DNA from: Bacilli bacterium
GTDB taxonomy: Bacteria; Bacillota_I; Bacilli_A; RFN20; CAG-826
Length of the DNA stretch: 64,000 bases
Direction of reading: 5' to 3'
Assembly: GCA_022482735.1 (NCBI GenBank)
Contig: JAKVOO010000001.1
Coordinates: 1,295,131 to 1,359,130, forward strand
Position numbers and translations under genes: made by a program. Below, one piece after another: positions 58,091-64,000 of this stretch; position 1 is the first letter of the stretch; every line of letters begins with the position of its first letter. A model generated the notes under the pieces. The model was given only the letters and a program-made list of their open reading frames with translations. It was not told where the DNA came from and did no database searches.

Positions 58091-59464
58091 ATGTTTTCAA
58101 TTGTTAATTCGCTGTTAATTTTTGCGGAAGGCGGGACGACAACATTATCGATCACCGTTCTTCATTTAGCTTTAGCCTTAGGATTAGGACTCTTATCCAC
58201 CCGTTTAATGAAGGTGGTTAAACTCCCCAATGTTACGGGATATCTCTTGGTGGGCGTTCTTTTGGGCCCGACATTATTAGGAAATGTAAAATTTGGAAAT
58301 TTTTCTTTTGGATTAAGCAGCGCTGATATCGCTAATCTATCGGTTTTTTCTGATATCGCTCTTGGCTTTATTGCCTTAACTATCGGAACCTCTTTTAAAC
58401 TAGGTACTTTGAAGAAAACCGGCAAAAACATTATTATGATTACCGTCTTTGAAGGGGTAATCGCAATGTTGCTGGTTATGCTGGTTTTGATTCTTATTCA
58501 CCTTGTTAATCACGAGATTGTTCCGCTTCCGGTGGCCTTTACTTTAGGAGCCATTGCTTCTGCCACCGCTCCAGCCGCCACCCTGATGGTTGTCCGTCAA
58601 TACCGGGCTCGGGGACCAGTTGTCAGCACACTTTTACCGGTTGTTGCTCTCGATGATGCGGTAGCGCTTATTTCTTTTGCGGTTTTCTTTTCTATCTCGA
58701 AAGTTTTAGCCAATGGAGGAGCGATCGATATTATCAGTATTTTGGTTAAACCCATAACGGTTATTATCGCTTCTTTGGCGGTTGGTTTCTGCTTTGGATA
58801 TATCGCTTCATTTGCCTGTCGCTTTTTCAAGAGTCGGGCCAATCGTTTGATGATATTAATTTTCTTTGTTTTCCTCGGGGTTGGTGTTTCAAGCATAACC
58901 TGGTGGGGAACCAACTTTAGTTCCTTACTTCTTTGCATGATGATCGGCGCTTCATTTGTCAATTTCCGGCAGAATGATGGTGAACAATTATTGGAACAGG
59001 TCGATCGGTGGACCCCACCGCTGTTTATGTTCTTCTTTATTTTGAGTGGCGCAAGTTTAAGTTTCAATAAAGGTGGCAATGCTTATCTTTATATTATTTT
59101 AGCGGTTTATGTTCTTGCGCGGGTTAGTGGTAAATTCTTGGGAGCCTTCCTGGGAGCGACTATTACCAAAAGCGATCCTTCAATTAAGAAAAATCTCGGT
59201 TGGATGCTTATTCCTCAAGCCGGCGTGGCTATTGGTCTTGCAACGCAAGCGCAGCGGACTTTCCCCGAACTAATTGGCGCCGGTTTCGGTGATATGACTT
59301 ATGGGGATATGATTCTCTTTGTCATTTTAGCGGCGACAATTATCTATGAAGTTATCGGCCCAGTTGTAACGAAGATTGCTCTTAAAAGAGCGGGTGAAAT
59401 TCCAGAGGCGGATAATATTACGCCCCGTGAAAAGGCCGATGCTGCGGCTAAAGTAGCTCAATAA
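58091..59464 (+). CDS. Cation:proton antiporter (CPA2-like)
   Basis: KLPNVTGYLLVGVLLGP, ATAPAAT, VALDDA, PQAGVAIGL, EVIGP. Confidence 0.9.
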   Translation: MFSIVNSLLIFAEGGTTTLSITVLHLALALGLGLLSTRLMKVVKLPNVTGYLLVGVLLGPTLLGNVKFGNFSFGLSSADIANLSVFSDIALGFIALTIGTSFKLGTLKKTGKNIIMITVFEGVIAMLLVMLVLILIHLVNHEIVPLPVAFTLGAIASATAPAATLMVVRQYRARGPVVSTLLPVVALDDAVALISFAVFFSISKVLANGGAIDIISILVKPITVIIASLAVGFCFGYIASFACRFFKSRANRLMILIFFVFLGVGVSSITWWGTNFSSLLLCMMIGASFVNFRQNDGEQLLEQVDRWTPPLFMFFFILSGASLSFNKGGNAYLYIILAVYVLARVSGKFLGAFLGATITKSDPSIKKNLGWMLIPQAGVAIGLATQAQRTFPELIGAGFGDMTYGDMILFVILAATIIYEVIGPVVTKIALKRAGEIPEADNITPREKADAAAKVAQ

Positions 59465-59474
59465 TTAGCTCAAT

Positions 59475-59513
59475 AAAAAATAAAACTTGATGTGATGAGC
59501 ATCAAGTTTTTTT
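59475..59513. terminator. Bidirectional terminator
   Basis: aaaacttgatg..catcaagttttttt between convergent genes. Confidence 0.82.
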
Positions 59514-59514
59514 A

Positions 59515-60972
59515 TTACTTTTTTCTAAATTTAGAGTTTCTTTTCCGTTTGCGTTTACTCTTCTTCGAAAGAAGAGCAGAAGTAATTGACAATATAATAA
59601 TGATAGAAGCCCCTAAAATTTCATAAAGAGTCGTATTATCAATTCCAGGAATGATTGATTTGGCTTGAACTTTAATTGAGTAGGCGGCCGTCTTTAAGAT
59701 ATCATTTTCGCTATATGAAATAGTTACAGTAAATTCTCCCGCCTCGTTTAGTAAGTAACCATCAGCGTAAGATGAAGTATAACTATCCACTATATGACTC
59801 GAGCCATCGCCTAATTTGGCAGTGACAACTAAACCCTCGTTACTAAATGTTTCGCCAATATAATAATCGGTTTTGACTTGATTGGTGTTTAAAGAAATAC
59901 TAGCTAAATCCTCGGGATTAACTTCTTGACTGGCGCAATTTCCAATCGTACAGGCACTTCCCGTCTCGATTGTGGCCCCTGGGCCATCGTAAGCCGTATC
60001 GTAGACAATGTTTACCCATTCCGGATGGTCGATATAGGGATTACGATTGTGTTGAAAGTTAATATCGATAAGATTGTTGCGATGAATCTCATAGTCGCTT
60101 ACTGGATCAAGCTCATTCCATTGAAGCAGGGTCTTAAGAAAAGCCATTTTCCCAGGGCTGGATGGGCTTGAACTAACCGCAGTTGAGGTATAGGTTGGTT
60201 CATCGACAATGACAAGTTTAGGGTCCGCCAAACTCTTCCATTCAAAGTAGCGAGTGGCCATATAAAATAAAGCCCGCGCCACATCGCCCCGATCCTCTTC
60301 GGGGGGAGCGAAAACAACATAATTTGGCGAGTCAATGTTTGTTCCCCGAAGCGAGGTCGTAGGGTTTCCTCGTTCATCCACTAACGATTCAACATTTTCG
60401 GTCGGCATCCCATAATCATAATTACTATGGAAATTATTAATTCCTTGATCGGCAGCAATTAAATGGTGAAGGTCAGTTCCCGCGGGAGCATTCGTATCGA
60501 AATTGCCGTGGGACTTCGCCCAAATGTGCTCTTTATTCCAAACGGTGGTATGGTTATCGCTCCATTTGACCGCCGAAGTAGTCCCGTTGTAATTTCCGCC
60601 ATATAAAAGTTTTAAATACGGATCACCAATGCCCGTATCAATAGAAGGATTCCAAGCAGCTAGTTGGGTGGAGTTTAGAGGTGAAAGCGTCCAATCACGA
60701 TCGGTAATTTTCATGATATCGACATCTTCTGAATATGTGTAGGCGGTGTGATCTTTTATTATGCTGTATAAATGCGCCTTTAACTCTTCACCCTTATAGC
60801 CACTTACTCCTTGATAATAGGCATTTACTTCGCTATCGTTTTTATCAGAGGTAGAAATGCTCATTGTTGATAGTCCTTCAACTTGTAAAGGCGCAACAGA
60901 ATTTTCTAACTCAAAAGATATGGTTAAAGTTATAATTGATAAAACCAATAGACAATTAATTCTTTTTTTCAT
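59515..60972 (-). CDS. Surface-anchored endonuclease I family nuclease (Bsn/EndA-like) with Ig domain and C-terminal TM anchor
   Basis: Signal peptide; WNKEHIWAKSHG, TDLHHL, RGDVARALFYMATRY, QHNRNPYIDHPEW; hydrophobic helix plus basic tail. Confidence 0.88.
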   Translation of the reverse strand: MKKRINCLLVLSIITLTISFELENSVAPLQVEGLSTMSISTSDKNDSEVNAYYQGVSGYKGEELKAHLYSIIKDHTAYTYSEDVDIMKITDRDWTLSPLNSTQLAAWNPSIDTGIGDPYLKLLYGGNYNGTTSAVKWSDNHTTVWNKEHIWAKSHGNFDTNAPAGTDLHHLIAADQGINNFHSNYDYGMPTENVESLVDERGNPTTSLRGTNIDSPNYVVFAPPEEDRGDVARALFYMATRYFEWKSLADPKLVIVDEPTYTSTAVSSSPSSPGKMAFLKTLLQWNELDPVSDYEIHRNNLIDINFQHNRNPYIDHPEWVNIVYDTAYDGPGATIETGSACTIGNCASQEVNPEDLASISLNTNQVKTDYYIGETFSNEGLVVTAKLGDGSSHIVDSYTSSYADGYLLNEAGEFTVTISYSENDILKTAAYSIKVQAKSIIPGIDNTTLYEILGASIIIILSITSALLSKKSKRKRKRNSKFRKK

Positions 60973-61101
60973 TGTTTAACCTCGTATTTTTTAATTATAA
61001 CAAACAAAGAATGAAACATTGATTAATAAGTCTAACTTATTGTTAAAAAGTTTATTTCTAGTAAAATGATATGTGACTTTATCGATGAGGAGCATTTTTT
61101 T

Positions 61102-61665
61102 ATGAACGCCATTATTGCTTTTTTTACCGCTGTTCCGTGGTGGATGTTGTTATTTATATTTTTTGCCAAATTGCTGGAGGTTTCAATCTCGACAGTGCGG
61201 GTAATTTTAGTGCAAAGAGGGTTTAAGATTCTCGGAGCTATTCTGTCATTTTTTGAGGTATTAATTTGGGTTTTTGTCGCCGCAAATGTTATTGATGATG
61301 TATCCACTTTTCCATTAAAAGGAATTACCTATGCTCTCGGTTTTGCTTCGGGGGTTGTTTTGGGCTCGACCATTGAGAAAAAATTGGCTTTTGGAAAGGT
61401 TTTATTACAAGTGATAGCCATTCCCGAAAAAGCGACAGAAATTGTTCATCTTGTCCACGAACGAAAGATTGGCGTCACTTCAATTAAAGGTAAAGGTTTT
61501 AACACTGAACGGACGATTTTGATGATATTTGTTGAACGTCGTCATGCTCCGGAATTAATTAGTAATATTAAGGAAATAGATAATCAGGCGATGGTAGGAG
61601 TAAGCGATATTAATAACGTTTACGGAGGATTTTTACCTCGTCGATATTCTTTATTGCGTAAGTAG
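61102..61665 (+). CDS. UPF0316/YebE-like membrane protein (DUF5698/DUF2179)
   Basis: FFAKLLEVSISTVR, FFEVLIW, YALGFASG..IEKKLAFG, GVT..GKG; GAGGAG RBS. Confidence 0.8.
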   Translation: MNAIIAFFTAVPWWMLLFIFFAKLLEVSISTVRVILVQRGFKILGAILSFFEVLIWVFVAANVIDDVSTFPLKGITYALGFASGVVLGSTIEKKLAFGKVLLQVIAIPEKATEIVHLVHERKIGVTSIKGKGFNTERTILMIFVERRHAPELISNIKEIDNQAMVGVSDINNVYGGFLPRRYSLLRK

Positions 61666-61666
61666 T

Positions 61667-62473
61667 ATGATGAAAAGACACAAAAAAATCATTTATTACT
61701 CTGATTTATTAAATGATGATTTTTCGGGTAGTCGGGTTCCGCAAAAAAAGATTAACAGCAAAAATTTTAAATATATTCACAAAGGAAAAATATATCGCTT
61801 TTGGAGTTGGTTTTTGTATTACTTTTTTGCGAGTCCCATTGTGGCCATCGTTACATTCTTTGGCTTTAATATTATTGTCAAAGGGCGGAAGAATGTCCGG
61901 TCACTAAAGAAAAAAGGCTATTTTATCTATGGGAATCATACGCGCTGGATTGATATGGCTATCCCCTATGTCAATGTTGGACAGGGTCGAAGAGTAGCCC
62001 TTGTGGCTAATCCTGCCGCCGTGGGAATTAAGGGACTAGGAGCATTTGTCAATATGCTTGGCATACTCCCGCTTCCCCAAACCTTTGGTGGGGCAAAAAA
62101 CTTTTTGAAAGCAATGGAATATCGCCTTGATCATCACAATATTATCGCCATTTATCCGGAGGCGCACATTTGGCCATTCTATACAAAAATAAGACCCTTT
62201 AGCGATGCGTCATTTGGCTATCCAGTTTCGTTTAATGCTCCAGTAGTAGCAATGTGTACGGTATACAAAAAGGCCTTCTTTTTCCCCAAAATCAGAAAGC
62301 CGAGAATGGTTATATATCTCAGTAAACCTTTTTATCCCGACTTAAGCCTTTCTAAAGTGGAGGCAAGTAAAAAACTTCATGATCAATGCTACGATTTTAT
62401 GTTTCAAATCGCGAGTACAAAAAACGAAGTTGAATATTACGATTACGTGTTTAAAGAAAAGAAAGATCAATAG
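61667..62473 (+). CDS. PlsC-like lysophospholipid acyltransferase family protein
   Basis: GNHTRWID (HX4D) and IYPEAH motifs. Confidence 0.8.
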   Translation: MMKRHKKIIYYSDLLNDDFSGSRVPQKKINSKNFKYIHKGKIYRFWSWFLYYFFASPIVAIVTFFGFNIIVKGRKNVRSLKKKGYFIYGNHTRWIDMAIPYVNVGQGRRVALVANPAAVGIKGLGAFVNMLGILPLPQTFGGAKNFLKAMEYRLDHHNIIAIYPEAHIWPFYTKIRPFSDASFGYPVSFNAPVVAMCTVYKKAFFFPKIRKPRMVIYLSKPFYPDLSLSKVEASKKLHDQCYDFMFQIASTKNEVEYYDYVFKEKKDQ

Positions 62474-64000
62474 TGAATCTTGCTTAATATGGAATAAATT
62501 TTATCGGCGTGCATTTTTTCGATTTTGCGGTCATAAGTTATTAAACCATTAGTCTCTTCTTCCACATCGCATAATTGCGTGTAAATGACCCCGGCTAATC
62601 CAGAAAGAAATAAGGGCATAACTTCTTCGCGATACAGTTGGATAAAAGGCATTTTCCAATTCAATGGTGGTTTTAAACTTCCGATAACCATATTCTTTTT
62701 CCTCGTTAAAACGATGGAAATCGAGAGCTAATGAATAGCCGCCAAATTCAGAGATAAAATAAGCTCGGCTATCTTTTTTATTTGCGGTTTTAAGTTTCCT
62801 AAAATAACGATGAACACTGTTAAAGTCGCCCGCTTTTTGATCAAACCAACCGGAGGCACTGTCAATTAGGCGCGTTGGATCAAGACTTTTAACAAAGTTG
62901 GTTAATTTTACGCTATCAAATTGGCCCCAACCTTCGTTAAAAATAGTCCAAATAACAATCGAGGGATGCTTTTGTAGCCGCCCAACATTGGTTCTCACCA
63001 TATCGATGAATTCTTCACGGTTACTGGCGTCTTTACGACCAAAAGCCCGGTATTTGGTGTCTTTGCGATGAGTGAAGCCTAAAGAGGGGGCAATCGTCAT
63101 CATCGAGAAATGGTAATCACCACCGCTAGGCATATCTTGAATCACTAAGATACCCAAAAGGTCACAATAGTAATAAAAGTAATTGTCTTCAATTTTGATG
63201 TGTTTACGAATGGCATTAAAGCCAAATTTTTTAGCGAGCAAGATATCTTGTTTTAATGCCATTTGGGAAGGAGGGGTCAAGCCTGATTCGGGCCAGTAAC
63301 CTTGGTCAAGCAGACCATTGATAAAATATGGCTGTCCGTTGAGATGCATAACCGGTTTTCCCCGATGTCCAGGGCCAACGCCGATATCGCGAAACCCAAA
63401 ATAACCGGTGATGTCATCACTGTCATTGTAAAGACGGAAAGTATAGATAAAAGGATCTTCTGGTGACCACGGATGGCCATCCGCAAGATTGATTTCAGTA
63501 AGAGGTTCATCAATTTCTTTTACGATAATGGGAGTATTGTTTTCGTAGACAGTAAGGGTATAGTGAAATTTTTCCACGCTATTAACGAGGTGGAAGAATA
63601 CTTTTTGCTCATGAACATTAGCGGTGACATTATAATCGATAACGTAATTAGGGTTGAGAGCCTCAAGCCAAACCGAGCCATAAATTCCCGAGGTGGGATT
63701 GTACCACATGCCATGGGATTTTAATGTTTGCTTGCCTCTTTCTTGCCGTCCATTATCGGTTGGATCGGTAACGATAACTTCCAATGTATTTGTTGCTTTT
63801 AAATAAGAAGCGATATCAATCTCAAAAGGAGTATATCCTCCCCGATGAACAAAAATATCTTCGCCATTAAGTTTTACTTTGGTTTCATAATCTACGGCTT
63901 CAAAATGCAAAATTACTTTTGCTTTGCTAAAACTTTTTGAAAGAGAAAATTCTTTGGTGTAAATGGCGGTTTCCTTTGGAAGAAGTTGATCTTTAAATCC
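62467..64000 (-). CDS. GH2 glycoside hydrolase resembling beta-galactofuranosidases; 5' end outside window, +1 slip at ~62644-62647
   Basis: HFEAVDY, RGKQ..GMWY.PTSGI..SVWLE, LDQGYWP, RKHIKIE, QDMP, FNEGWGQF, SEFGG, YTQLCDVEEETNGL. Confidence 0.88.

Noticed and set aside
1-64000. CRISPR array, rRNA, intein or intron; the many short antisense and nested ORFs
   Set aside because: No regularly spaced repeats or rRNA motifs seen, PolC and TopA are of normal length, and the nested ORFs overlap well-supported genes without motifs.

Overview
Core-chromosome segment of a genome-reduced, low-GC Bacilli (Bacillota) organism using standard code 11. The gene order resembles Erysipelotrichales/Mollicutes-related uncultured lineages (inference). 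1-35 kb is housekeeping: Asp23-fakA-recG-plsX-rnc-ftsY-ylxM-ffh, rpsP-khpA-rimM-trmD-uppP, rplS-lepB-rbgA-rnhB-dprA-topA-trmFO-xerC, rpsB-tsf-pyrH-frr-uppS-cdsA-dxr-rseP-polC. It also holds L19 and S2 leaders and an unannotated ~175-nt structured RNA candidate with 6S-like architecture between ffh and uppP. 35-41.6 kb is a variable patch: three solitary tRNAs (Pro-CGG, Arg-CCT, Ala-GGC), IS3/IS150-type remnants just 3' of two of them, and an AT-rich secreted cysteine-protease plus lipoprotein pair. 41.7-57.5 kb is a LacI-regulated glycan-utilisation locus built from six Ser/Thr-stalked lipoproteins (SGNH esterase, two GH43, ABC binding protein, two paralogous Ig-domain proteins carrying an unrecognised Trp-rich domain), plus ABC permeases/ATPase, GH36 and a cytoplasmic GH43. 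A GH2 resembling beta-galactofuranosidases lies at the window end. Six genes carry single +1 insertions, five in short homopolymers, most likely assembly errors. No CRISPR array, rRNA or intact mobile element was seen.
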